A DNA stretch of 62,004 nucleotides, filler included, from Nemertoderma westbladi (taxonomy: Eukaryota > Animalia > Xenacoelomorpha), in assembly GCA_032718475.1 (NCBI GenBank). It is 3 parts of 3 records of this genome, joined end to end, with 100 filler letters (N's around TTAATTAATTAA, not from the genome) between each part and the next. Parts side by side here need not be neighbours in the genome. Positions count along the whole stretch, not along the records: positions 1 to 24,391 come from JAUCBJ010002514.1; 2 more parts are not named here. One strand, 5' to 3'. Made by a program: the position numbers and the translations under genes. The notes below the pieces were generated by a model that made no database searches, had not been told where the DNA came from, and saw only the letters and a list, made by a program, of their open reading frames with translations. Positions 10,819-21,558 of this stretch are shown here, in pieces; the first letter of the stretch is position 1; each line of letters opens with the position of its first letter.

Positions 10819-12872
10819 TTCGGTAGTTGTAAGTCAAGTAAAGTGAGTGTCAAAGTATCGAGTTTACCGTATTTATATCTAAACGGTACTAATTACAGTC
10901 ATATAAAATTAGCCTAGCGGCCAATTTTATAACAAATAAATCGGATAACGATATGCGTTATCAAAAGGTAAATTAAATACAATAATACGGACTAATTCAG
11001 CAATGAACAAAGAAATCATACGGAATGCATAAATACTTGAGACAGTGGAACCCACAATAATTTTAACTAATACGGTAATGCCTAACTTATTTATGCAACT
11101 TTTCGAACTCACCCACTCCAATAATTCTCCATAAAAACAGATTCCCAGATACAAACCGGACGTGAACCTTTCCGTTTTCAGCGTTGCGGACGAAGCGCGA
11201 TTTTCCCAACCAAAGTTGTTGGGTTATCTATCTCCCAAACTTGCTAAACACGGTCTTGCTCCCGTTACAGCCTAGAAATGAGTTCTGAATCCTGAAAAAA
11301 CAAAAGAGTTAGGTTTTACTTTTACGAAAATTTTGTACCGGTACAATATGGTATTTAAACCCTTTTAAACACCGGTATTCAATTCCAAATATTTTACACG
11401 CGGTTCAAATCAAATTTTATTTCAAAAAATTAGCACTTAGCTAATCAAATATAAATTTTACCTCAAAATACAAAATTGTCAAATAACTTTAGTCCTACCG
11501 AACCATAGTTCAATAAAACATATTCCTACTATATGGAAGAGACGGAAACAATACCTGCAATATCTTACTGTAAAGTTTGTGAGTCAAATCATAAATCCGA
11601 CCTTCTCACCAAAACAGTAAACTCTAAGTAAGCGAATATATTGCAGTATCGATCTCTTATAACCGGTGAGGCAGAAAACAGTCTACGAGCAGACAAACTT
11701 CGATAAAACAAAATCCCGCGCAGCGAATCCTAAAATCAGGCTGACTCACTGACGGACTAAGGGGCTCGTATACTTTGCCGCGGTGTGATTTATATGATTG
11801 GGTGAAAGGGACGCTAGCTAGGTGCAGAGATTTGGAGATGTCTAACTATGGGGCAAAGTGCAGTACGGACAAAAGTTAATTTTATATATTTTGAGGTGTA
11901 AATAATTTCTAACGCGCGTGTGTTAATTCTGAACGGTCAAAAGCAGTTTTGCTCCTTCACATATATAATTACTGGGTACGGTGTGCATTTTACAAATATT
12001 CTAATTTTGTAACTTGCAGGTCCAATACTCACGAATAATAAGGCTCCTTCCCCTCTTGCGTATTTCCAGGACTCAAATTCAGGCATAAAGTTAATGCTAC
12101 GCCCAGAATTCGGCAATTTTAGGTACCAGGTCCCTAATACTAAGAAGAGATGTGTTAGTTTACTACTGTAGGCGTACAGTTACTGATAGCTATCCTGGCT
12201 CTTATCTAGAATTTTAGTCACCCAGGTAGTCCGGGTAAATTCCTAGGACGTTGGCGGGGACACGGTAGATGTTAGTATATCCCTAATAGCCTCAATTTAT
12301 TTGCGCCTAGTCGTAAACTGCCCTACCACCTGAACGGTACAATCCTAATTCAGGTGAAACACAGCAGCCCTCCTAGCCTACAAGTTCTGATGCAATGGAC
12401 ACCGTGGTACTACAAATAGTCGTACACGCACCTGCACTTAGCAAGAGTTAGGCGTACAGTTTGCTGCACCCTACCAATTTGTATGCTTCGTACCGGTGTG
12501 CCTACGTCCTATCTGCGTACTAGTATCTCTGCTTGCTCTCTCTTCTCCCTCCCCCCGTAGGAATATGAAGGTCTACTGCGGTTTTTTCCTGAATTAAAAC
12601 AGTACAGTCCCTAAGATGTAATTTTAGGCTTACAGCGTGTCACTACTTCTACCCTTTGATCTTTGGTCTTACGCTTAGGTAGCAAGGCGTCGAACGCTGT
12701 CTAACCTTTCAGGCGATGGGCGAATAACTCAAGATGGTATTGCGGGTTGTCTCTTGTCTACATTCCCCTGATGTTCCCGTTCATTGCTGCAGCCCGATCT
12801 CTAGCCGTCCATCCTGTCCCTTAGCTGGGTTCACCGTGGTGAAGCATAGTAAAACAGATAGAAAAGGGCAGA

Positions 12873-13458
12873 TGTGACTAGTATTTCTAACTTTTATTAC
12901 AAATCAAATAATAACTATTATACAACAAACAATGTAATAATCTAATAAGACAGAAAGTTAAGATAGATCAGCAAGTTAAGATTGTTATACAGATTGAGAT
13001 TGAAGTATAACTAATGAACAAATCGCACCTTTATATAGCAAATTTGTGCTGAAATCAATCGAGAAAATTCTCGATTGTTCTATAGGTTCTAACAGGTTTT
13101 TAAAGATAGCTATTGGTCCAGCTAATATATAACTTGCACGACATTGGTTACAATCTAATAGCTACAGTTTCATTGGTACAGACAAATGCAATTAATTTGT
13201 AGCGGTCAATTTAAATGAGTTGAAATTCTGCACAAAAAATAATTCGCACTTACTAGGATTCGAACTCAATACCTACTACACATATAATTTCCAACGCTCT
13301 ACCGACTGAGCTACTGAACCACTTGACCAATAGGCGTATAAATGATATAACAAATACAAATGAGGACTCAAAGTAATCTTTTACAAAGTTAATTCGAATA
13401 AAAATAAAATTTTGAAAATCCACGGCATTTAGGGAATATAATTCTATACTAAGCAACA
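12873..13458 (-). repeat. Putative 5' LTR of element 2
   Basis: TGTT start at 13458, CCAAT boxes (about 13112, 13143, 13172) and TATAAA (13030-13035). The inner boundary is a guess. Confidence 0.5.
13234..13320 (-). ncRNA. tRNA-like Pol III unit within LTR 2 (not a functional tRNA)
   Basis: Minus strand: GGTTCAG-TAGCTCAGTCGGTAGAGCG (consensus A box, perfect GCTC/GAGC D stem) ... GAGTTCGAATCC (13256-13267) ... T6 (13234-13239). Confidence 0.65.
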
Positions 13459-13459
13459 A

Positions 13460-13875
13460 GTGGTGGGGCGAGCCGCGAAGTGAGTATAAGGTTATAGTAT
13501 ATATAATATTATTTTAATTTGATTATTCTATCTATGGGGCGAGCCATGAAGTGAGTGATAGCATCGAAGTAAGGTTATTGTATTTATAATAATATTATTT
13601 TAATTTGATCATTTACTTAAATCCGTCACCGCTTTATTTAAAAATTTCTCCCAACACCTCACCCGCTTATCCCGCTATCACCATCCACCCAATCTTCTTC
13701 CTCATCCTCAGCATCATTACCACCTCCACCATCACCCAACATCCCCATCATTCCTTCCAACATTGAAAAAATGGGGCGAGCCATGAAGCGAGTGAAGCCT
13801 TAGCATATGGGTGCCATTAATGAGTTGTGGGGCGAGCTACGACGAAGTAAGGTTATTGTATTTATAATATTATCA
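13460..13875. repeat. Degenerate repeat cluster with four GGGGCGAGC cores
   Basis: Cores at about 13466, 13536, 13773 and 13829. The copy at 13771-13820 matches the 47-bp satellite monomer at 30494-31309. Confidence 0.6.
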
Positions 13876-14050
13876 TTATACCAACAAATATTTCAACCGA
13901 TAATTCATTATACCAACAAATAATTTAACAAATTTATAATTTTCTACCTCAAAATAATAATAATTATTTAACCATGTCTGACTCGTTACAGCGACACCAC
14001 CTACAAACGCGACCTATTTATAATAATAAAGTTTCTACCGCTCGAAATAT

Positions 14051-14644
14051 TCACACTGAATGTTTAATCTTCTTTATTTGAGGTATGTCTTCATCATCCA
14101 CGATGTCCTCTTCAAAGTCGCTGATATCTTCATACTCATAGCTAGGTGTTTTATTCACGACGAGATCAATTTTTCGCTTAAGCGCTTGTTCTTTCATGGC
14201 TTGAGGTGTTTTCATCTGAGCGCTCGCATCCCAAACGAGGGTATCAATATCCTTATAATCATTATTTTTTTCAGCGCCGCCTCCTAGTTCACTTTCCGCA
14301 ATCGTTGGCAACCAGATTTTTTTCTCACCTATTTTCTTAGCGGTGACGTTTACTGCCTCGGACGTCTGCAGCTGTCTAGCGTTGTTCAGCATTTCCACTT
14401 TCATGAGTTCCTCGCCCACTAATTCATCAATCGCAGCCTCAACAACTAACTTTTTAATCGGTAGAAAGTCACACCCAGTCGGAATATTGTGGCCCGCGTA
14501 CTTCTGTAATTCCTTAATTATCTTGACATTTGCGTTGTTTCGAGGGATGAAAATAACCTTGGTGTCGAAGTTGTGGGACAAATATATCCCGTTTTCATTA
14601 ACGATCGATGTGTACCTTATACTAACCTCGTCGATTTCATTCAT
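14051..14644 (-). CDS. Hypothetical protein with acidic/basic C-terminus, probably part of the PolB element
   Basis: Intronless open frame (first ATG at 14644; the frame extends to 14671) in AT-rich DNA, tandem with the next ORF. No family recognised. Confidence 0.5.
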   Translation of the reverse strand: MNEIDEVSIRYTSIVNENGIYLSHNFDTKVIFIPRNNANVKIIKELQKYAGHNIPTGCDFLPIKKLVVEAAIDELVGEELMKVEMLNNARQLQTSEAVNVTAKKIGEKKIWLPTIAESELGGGAEKNNDYKDIDTLVWDASAQMKTPQAMKEQALKRKIDLVVNKTPSYEYEDISDFEEDIVDDEDIPQIKKIKHSV

Positions 14645-14771
14645 AATTAGTTCATTATTTAATTTAATCAAAAAGTCAAATACAATTTTTAATTTTAATT
14701 TCCACCACCACCAAAATTAAGTTTAGTAAGATTTTTACATCCCTCCACCAAACACAAGTCTAAAACTAAAA

Positions 14772-15440
14772 CTAAAACTCCTTAACATTCTTATCTATGT
14801 TAAAGTCGAGCAAACAGAATTCATCCGCTCTGAGATTCAACCCATCGTAATATAGAACACCCTTCAGCTGTCTACCTATATCATCCGCTTCCCAAACGCC
14901 GACAAATCGTTGCCCTTCAAAGTCGTAGATATATCCAATGTACCCACAATCTTCGAACTCCATAAAATTCTCATCGTGAATTTCCTTCTTTTTTGGTTCA
15001 ATACGGGAAAGAACGGCTTTGGCGTATATGTTTTGTAAGACATCTAGAATTCTTCGCGAGATAAAGATTGATGCGCCATTTTTCCCAATGCGTAAGTACG
15101 CATGATTTATGGGTGTTATAAATAAATTACCTCTGGTGTATTCCTTATAATATTCAATAGCTATTTTCTTATAATTGAGGAAGTCAAATAGGAATCTTAT
15201 GTTCTGGTAAGTAAGACTTACCGATTCTTGCAAGACGTTGCAGCCTTTGTTGGCATCACCCCAACGATTGAATCGAACGTATTTCCCATTAAATGCTTTT
15301 ATTTCTATTCCTTCCTCCAAACACTCGAGACTCCACGAACTCTTACCCGTAGCCACTGTTACGTATGGGGTGGGTACACTGCTAGTAGAGCTACTGCTTA
15401 ATGGCGTCATTTTTGGTTGTGGCGGTTTCACAGATTCCAT
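14772..15440 (-). CDS. Hypothetical protein with two PC4-like (ssDNA-binding/coactivator fold) segments
   Basis: ATG at 15440 with TATAAA about 100 bp upstream. Segments IEIKAFNGKYVRFNRW...ESVSLTYQNIRFL and IYDFEGQRFVGVWE...DGLNLRADEF resemble the PC4 pattern FxGxxxVxIRe...GISLxxxQ/EW. Judged by eye only. Confidence 0.45.
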   Translation of the reverse strand: MESVKPPQPKMTPLSSSSTSSVPTPYVTVATGKSSWSLECLEEGIEIKAFNGKYVRFNRWGDANKGCNVLQESVSLTYQNIRFLFDFLNYKKIAIEYYKEYTRGNLFITPINHAYLRIGKNGASIFISRRILDVLQNIYAKAVLSRIEPKKKEIHDENFMEFEDCGYIGYIYDFEGQRFVGVWEADDIGRQLKGVLYYDGLNLRADEFCLLDFNIDKNVKEF

Positions 15441-15833
15441 CGACAAATTTTGTGAAATATTAAGTGTAAAAATAATCAATAATATTGCGCTAAAACAATG
15501 CACAAAAATATGAAATAATGAATAAAGTATTTTACGACGTATTTATAATATAATGATGGGCTATCGGGATAACGGGTATATTTTAACCACTCAACCGGAT
15601 TAATTGCTATTGTCCTGAGAAAATTTTTTTTTTTGAAAAACTTCCTAAATTTCAATGGAAATATTTATTTACGCTTAAATTGGTTGACGTAAGTGGTAAC
15701 AGCTTTGCGGTGGCGATTAATGCGACCGATATAAATTTCTATAGACATACCCCCGAATTTCTACAGAATATTACTCACGGTTAAATTGATTGACGTCACC
15801 TGTATTTGGCACGTTCCATGATAACGTCAACCA

Positions 15834-16405
15834 AGGGCTCATTTCTAAAAATTAGGTATGGTTGGCTTTTGTGAACTTTTACTAGATCAAAATTTATCGC
15901 AGAATACGAATCTGAAACTATAAATCTCAAATATATAAATTTTAGTATCGTACGTAAATTGCTCTGGTAGCTGGTGCGTTAAAATTTCAACTTTTTTTTT
16001 CAAAATTATAGACATTTTGTTTTTTGAAAATTTGATACAATGCAATACAGTTTTGCTATTTTCAGCCTTTTCAGATGGAATATATACATTTTGGGAATGC
16101 AATGCCACGTTGTTCATGATCTAAAACGAGTTGACTGACTAATACTTTTGATTTTTGCATGAGGCAATTTGAATGTCACGTACTTTACCAAAAATATGTA
16201 TTATTTTATTTTATAAAGTAAAATTTAGCTCCAAGGTAACTAAAAGTGGAATCTACAATATTAAAGTATATTTACATGTTTTGCGTTGAACATTTCTCGA
16301 AAATTCTGTGCTTTTGACACATTTACAATGGTAAAGTACGTGACATAAAAATATTTTTTCGTAAAGTACGTGACATAAAAATATTTTTTCGAAAAGTAGG
16401 TGACA
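15834..16405. mobile_element. Probable DNA transposon terminal fragment with subterminal repeats
   Basis: Starts AGGGCTCATTTC, similar to the Sola2-like end at about 55426-55438. GTAAAGTACGTGACA occurs in 30-bp tandem copies (16331-16405) and as an 18-bp inverted pair (16173-16190 / 16329-16346); compare GTAAAGTACGGGACA in the Sola2-like end. Confidence 0.45.
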
Positions 16406-18119
16406 GTTGTATGGACTATAACTGACCACTTAAGCAGTGCCAGCGCATCACACACTGTGAATCCTGCCCATCAGGCCACCTGGACTACTTCTGAAAGAAT
16501 AGCAATATTTCACAGTAATAGATGTTGTGGGTTGTCTCACCCGAATTACACCTACCACAGTTACGCGCTATCCTGCCCGACATGCTCTGATGATTTTGAA
16601 AACTTTGATTCATATATCGAACATAGTTGCCATCAAAACCATTACAATTCCCGCAAACGCAAACATAACCAAAAACAATCAGAACCGACATTTCAACCGG
16701 ATCTCAACGTTGGTTCGCCTGTAAGCATTACAAACAGCTCAGATACACCCAACAAAGGTTTTCATCTCTCAAAAACATGTCACGAATCACGCGTTCAGGA
16801 ATATACCCATAATGTGCCATCTAATGAGATGTATCCAGATGTACCGAATTATTTAAATTATATGGGGATATATGCTTCGCGCGCTTTTAACACGACTGCG
16901 TCGGCTTTTATTGATATGTTTTATAAAGTGTGGGTGATTGCTTCGGTGATAATGGAACGTGATGATGCTAATAATACTTTACAAGATGAACTCCATTCTA
17001 CTTCGATCGGTACAGATAATTATATTGAAAATAGCGTGGATTTTGACGAATGGTACTACACAGTCATTTCCCATATCGGTGAAAAAATATCGCAATTTAT
17101 TAGGTGGGGTAGCGGTTGGAAACTTGTAACTGTATCGTGCATCAAACTTACTATTGCGTCATACTTGCGATCGGTATATCGTTTTGGACATAGTGGTGAT
17201 GCCAACCAATCAATCCCAACAAAATTAAAAAATAAACATTGTATAATAAATGTGCCGTGTAATGAAGGTGAATGTTTTAAGTGGGCGGTCCTGACAGCAA
17301 AATTTTCAAAACATATATCGGATGATCACACACTGCGCCATGTTTCACGCCAAAGTTCTTATAATCAGTATTTAGGGTTTTTTAATTTAAGCGAATTAGA
17401 TTCTACCCTATCATGGAAACTAAATATTCTAAAATTTGAAAAAAAAAATCCAAATTATTTAATAAATTTATTGTATTTCGAAAGAAGTAGCGAGAAAATT
17501 TCCTTTCTACGACAACCGAGCGCTAAAAAAGCTGAAGGTAAAAGATTGCTAAATTTATTGCTTATTGAACGTCAAAATTTAACCTCAACAAATCACATCG
17601 TCGGGGTTTCCAACTTAAATAGATTATTTAATGGTCGCGGGGAAAGCAATAGCAACACTCATTGTCTTCGTTGTGAGCGGTGTATTCGGGGGTTCTACGG
17701 TCCAAATGCGCTAGAACGCCATAGATTGGGGTGTTGGCAAGGTGGACGTCCAATAGAGGAGATGCCATCTAAACTGAATTTACGCTTTACTAATTACTAT
17801 AAGTACACCTTTTATAGTATATACGGATTTCGAAGTGGTACTAGCCCCAACAAATAATGTAAAAAAATATTATATAGCCGAACATTTCCCGTCGGCCACT
17901 TCATATTTGATTGTCCCCAATAGCGAATTAATTAACCCACCAAATTATTTTTTGTCTACATTTAGACAAAATATCGATAATAACTCAGTACAGAATTTTA
18001 CCGATAGTCTGGTTTTTGATTTATTTAAGTGTATTTGGAAACAGTTTTTGATGAGGGAAATCTTAATAGAATAATGAACGATATCGCCAAAGAAATAATT
18101 CTCCACTTCATTTCAAATC

Positions 18120-18850
18120 AAATTAATATTAAATTAAACAATAACAAATACATAATAAGACATACAGACATGAACCAACGTTTCAACTCAAAATAGAGCC
18201 ATCTTCAGGGTAAATAAAAACAACTGCCTATTCTAATACTGGATTAATGGTACAACAAATACAGGCTTAAGTAAACACAATTTTAATAATACTACATTGT
18301 GATTATAAATCTAACTACAGTAATATACAAACTCAAAATAATTCCTAATATTCCCCCCACCCCCCCCCCCCCCCTTTTCACCCCCCCCCCCCCCCCCCCC
18401 AATAAAACCTAAATTAGTGATAGTTGAAAGCTACATTCGCGATTGTTTAGTGTTGGGCTTAATTTTCTGATGAATAGTGCCTCTTTAATGCGTAGCTGGT
18501 ATTTGGTTTGAGCTGTTCCTATAATCTCAAAGTTGTCTAAACTAAAGGTGTGCCCCGTTTCCCCCCAGTGGTTAAATACGGCTGAGTTCCTCGGAGGATT
18601 AAACTGTTTTCGCACTAATGACCTGCCTGTGTGTTCACACACGCGAACCGCCAATTGTCTTTCGGTTTCACCGACATAGGAAGCAGTACAACTTCCACAG
18701 GTAAATTTATAAATGACATTGGAACGTATGTGCGATGGAAGGCGGTCTTTATACGAAAACATGTCTGATATTCTACGTGTAGGTTTAAGTATAACGTTAA
18801 GATCTATGTGCGGAAAGGCTGAGAGGAATAGTTTTCCAAACTATTCCGCT
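18120..18850 (-). mobile_element. 5'-truncated Penelope-like element (GIY-YIG endonuclease end and 3' region) inside PolB
   Basis: ORF 18409-18762 reads NVIYKFTCGSCTASYVGET.R.L..R..EH...SAVFNH...GH...KEALFI...PTLN. Boundaries are approximate. Confidence 0.88.
18172..18212 (-). ncRNA. Putative minimal hammerhead ribozyme of the Penelope terminal repeat
   Basis: Minus strand: CTGAAGA-t-GGCTC-tattt(t)-GAGTT-GAAACGTT, giving the CUGANGA box, stem II and GAAA with a palindromic short stem III. Penelope elements are known to carry such motifs. Confidence 0.55.
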
Positions 18851-19794
18851 CAGCCTTTTATATTCATCATGGTGGTATGCGCTTGATTAAAGTTCATAAA
18901 CTTATTAGATTTAAGCAAGGTTACATTTTTAAGGATTTTCTTGAATATAACACCCAGCAAAGAAAAATAGCAAGCAATGACTTTAATGATAAGTTTCACA
19001 ACGGAACAAATAACGCGCTTTTCGGGAAAAGCATGGAGAATATACGGGGCCGTGTCTCATTTCGCTTATGTAATTCAATCGAGAAATGTGACTTATTATT
19101 ATCCAAGCCGAATCACGAAAATTTAATTATGTTCACTGATTCATTATCAGGTCTCGTCCTATCTAAAACTACGGTTTGTTTGCAAAAACCTATTTTTTTA
19201 GGCCAAGCTGTATTGGACCTGTCGAAGTTAGATTATTACAGTTTCTTCAACGAGAAATTAATGCCCCTGGAAGCCGAATTAAATTGTAGTATAAATTTGT
19301 AACACCAATTTTTATCTGCGTTACAATCAAAAAAAGTTTTAGACTGTTCAAATTACCCTATTACGCATCCGTTGTATACAGTAGAACAGAAAGGGAAATA
19401 TAGATATTTAAAGGATGAAGGGAAGTCTATCCCGTTTGACCAGGTTATTTTACTTAGACCAAAATGTTATAGCTTTCGTGGGGGGTCAGTTCCAAAACGT
19501 GTCGCTAAAGGCGTAGGAAAAATGGTTATAAAAAAGAAACTCTCCCACGAATCATATTTAAAAGTATATAACGAGGTTAGCGAGCATTACGAATACAATC
19601 AAAGGTTTCAATCTAATTTACATAAAATATACACCGTTTCACAAAGAAAAAAATCGCTAACACTGTGGGAAGATAAAAGGTACTACACATCGACTAATGA
19701 AAGTCTACCTTACGGCCATTATAAAACACATTTGGATCGTAAAGCGCCAGCCCCTAAGCTTTATATGCCGCCCATTATAGAATAGCGGATTGCG

Positions 19795-20353
19795 ATGTCT
19801 TTTAGTGTTGTCAACAGTAATATAAGTTTGAGGTTGGTTGATGGGCGCATATCATTCGATGTGCTGGTTAAACGAATTCGAAATGGAAAACTAATCTTAA
19901 AGCCTTTTCAATATATCACCAAAATTTGCGGAGGGACGTGTCTCTTTTTCCCGAGCGGTAAGGTCACTGTACTCGGTAAATCGCCTAAAATAAAAAAAAT
20001 TATTAAGTATATATATAAGCATACTGATTATAAACTAACTTTTATTTCAATCAGCAGCCAAAAATATTATTAACAATCTAGACATAGACTATAGGATATT
20101 AATGAAAACGGCCGGGTTTCATTTTTTAGATAATTATTATAATGTGGAGGTGAAATATGAGCCGGAGATATTTAATAATATTCTTGTGCAGTTTTATCGT
20201 CGGGGTAAAACTAGTTCTAATATCATAACATTTTGCGTTTTTTACACACGAAATGTTGTGTGTATGGCAAGACCCGGGATAATTCGAGTATTTTTTCCAA
20301 AAATTTTGAATTTTATTGGTAATTTAGATAGTCATTTAGGTAGAAATATTTAA
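19795..20353 (+). pseudogene. Divergent TATA-binding-protein-like gene with one frameshift
   Basis: Repeat 1: SFSVVNSNISL...TCLFFPSGKVTVLG. Repeat 2: QNII...KYEPEIF...TFCVFYTRNVVCM. Removing one A from the A5 run at 20060-20064 fuses the two ORFs into 185 aa, the size of a TBP core. AATAAA at about 20412. Confidence 0.72.
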
Positions 20354-20944
20354 TTTTTTCATTTCTGGTGCCAGTTTTAGGTTTGTCCGGCGGGATCTCG
20401 TTAGGTTTTTAAATAAACGCGGATATTACCATTATTCACATTATATATAACGTGTTTTATCGGTAGTCTTAGGTTGTCAAGGGCGTCAATTTCATTTCTG
20501 ATGTCGGTTTACATTTTCATAAATCTAGTCTATCTGTCTATTTGTCGGTCTTTCTGTCAGTCAGTATGTCAAACTTAATTCATTGTTCGCGTTATAGAAT
20601 GTATTTTATTAATTATTGATGTTAGGTTTTAAAGATGATGAGATAGAGTGATGATAGTTTGACAGAAAGCGTCACAAAAACCTGCCATCATACTTCCTGT
20701 TTCATTATCTATATAACACAAAATTTTTACAGTAAAGGGGCAGAAACACCGACTAGAAGTCTAAATGCCCAATATGTATTTTCACAAAAAATCCCCGCGA
20801 TGCAAGTCAAATAAGTTATATAGCGCGGCAAGTGTACCCAAAAAATAGCAATTTTATTGTTCAAGCATATAGCGACGCCACACAAAAACCATTCACACAC
20901 CTTCTTTTAGTCTTTCATCAAAAAACGGATGATAGTATAAGAGT

Positions 20945-21252
20945 TACCCTGCAAACCACCAACGTTAATCTAACGTTGGGTTTATGTTAGACATTCGTTA
21001 AAAAATGACAGTTAGAATTTAACCATAAACCTACGTTAAAATACGTTAGATTTCTGTCAATTTTTAACGTTAATTTTTTACAGTAATTATACGTCAAAAA
21101 TTTACAAATATCGGACAATACCATATTTTTTAACGTTACTTTAACGTTAATTTTTAACGTTAATTTTTTACAGTAATTATACGTTAAAAATCAACAGAGA
21201 TCTGACATTTCCAAATTTTTTAACGTTGATTTAACGTTAATTTTTAACGTTT
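20945..21252. repeat. TTAACGTT-rich subterminal-type repeats, probable DNA transposon end
   Basis: Starts ACCCTGCAAAC and contains many (T)AACGTT motifs and duplicated blocks. Related motifs recur at 24090-24391. Confidence 0.45.
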
Positions 21253-21558
21253 ATTATTCATCAATGGATAACATATCTATGTCTAGCTGACCATCCGCTG
21301 ACTTTGTTCATTTCTTATTTTGTTAATATTTTTATGATACTTGTGTAATTTTTTAAATATTATTTTTAAATATTTGCCTTACTAGTCAGCATCTGTGTAC
21401 CAGTACCAAGCGTACAGTATAAAAGTACAGTAAGTAAGCGTACAGTAGAAAAAGGGTGGAAAGAAGGATCTAGAAGATGCTAGTGGGGCTGAAGCCGATA
21501 GCGAAGATGAATGAATATTATATATCGATAAAAACTTGGCCCTAATTACGTTACGGAT

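Larger units (their letters stand above)
4862..13458 (-). mobile_element. Bel/Pao LTR retrotransposon 2 (5' LTR, about 2 kb leader, gag-pol), interrupted at its 3' side
   Basis: Contains the 1998-aa ORF and a leader homologous to element 1. TGTT on the minus strand at 13458 is a typical Bel/Pao terminus, with unrelated repeat sequence beyond it. Confidence 0.85.
16400..19785 (+). pseudogene. Polinton/Maverick-type protein-primed DNA polymerase B, disrupted
   Basis: N-terminal C2H2-like finger, GSGWKL, IPTKLKNKHCIINV...CFKWAVL and CLRC...LERH. ExoI PFIVYTDFE appears after a frameshift (17808-17834). C-terminal NNALFGKSMENIR (motif B), KPIFLGQAVLDLSK, LKDE, LRPKCYS, AKGV and DKRY..SLPYGHY. Motif A and the YxDTDS motif are missing. 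Confidence 0.88.

Noticed and set aside
16173-16405. Inverted and tandem repeats as the replication origin of the PolB element
   Set aside because: A near-identical motif occurs in the Sola2-like arm at 55025-55438, so a DNA transposon remnant is the simpler explanation.
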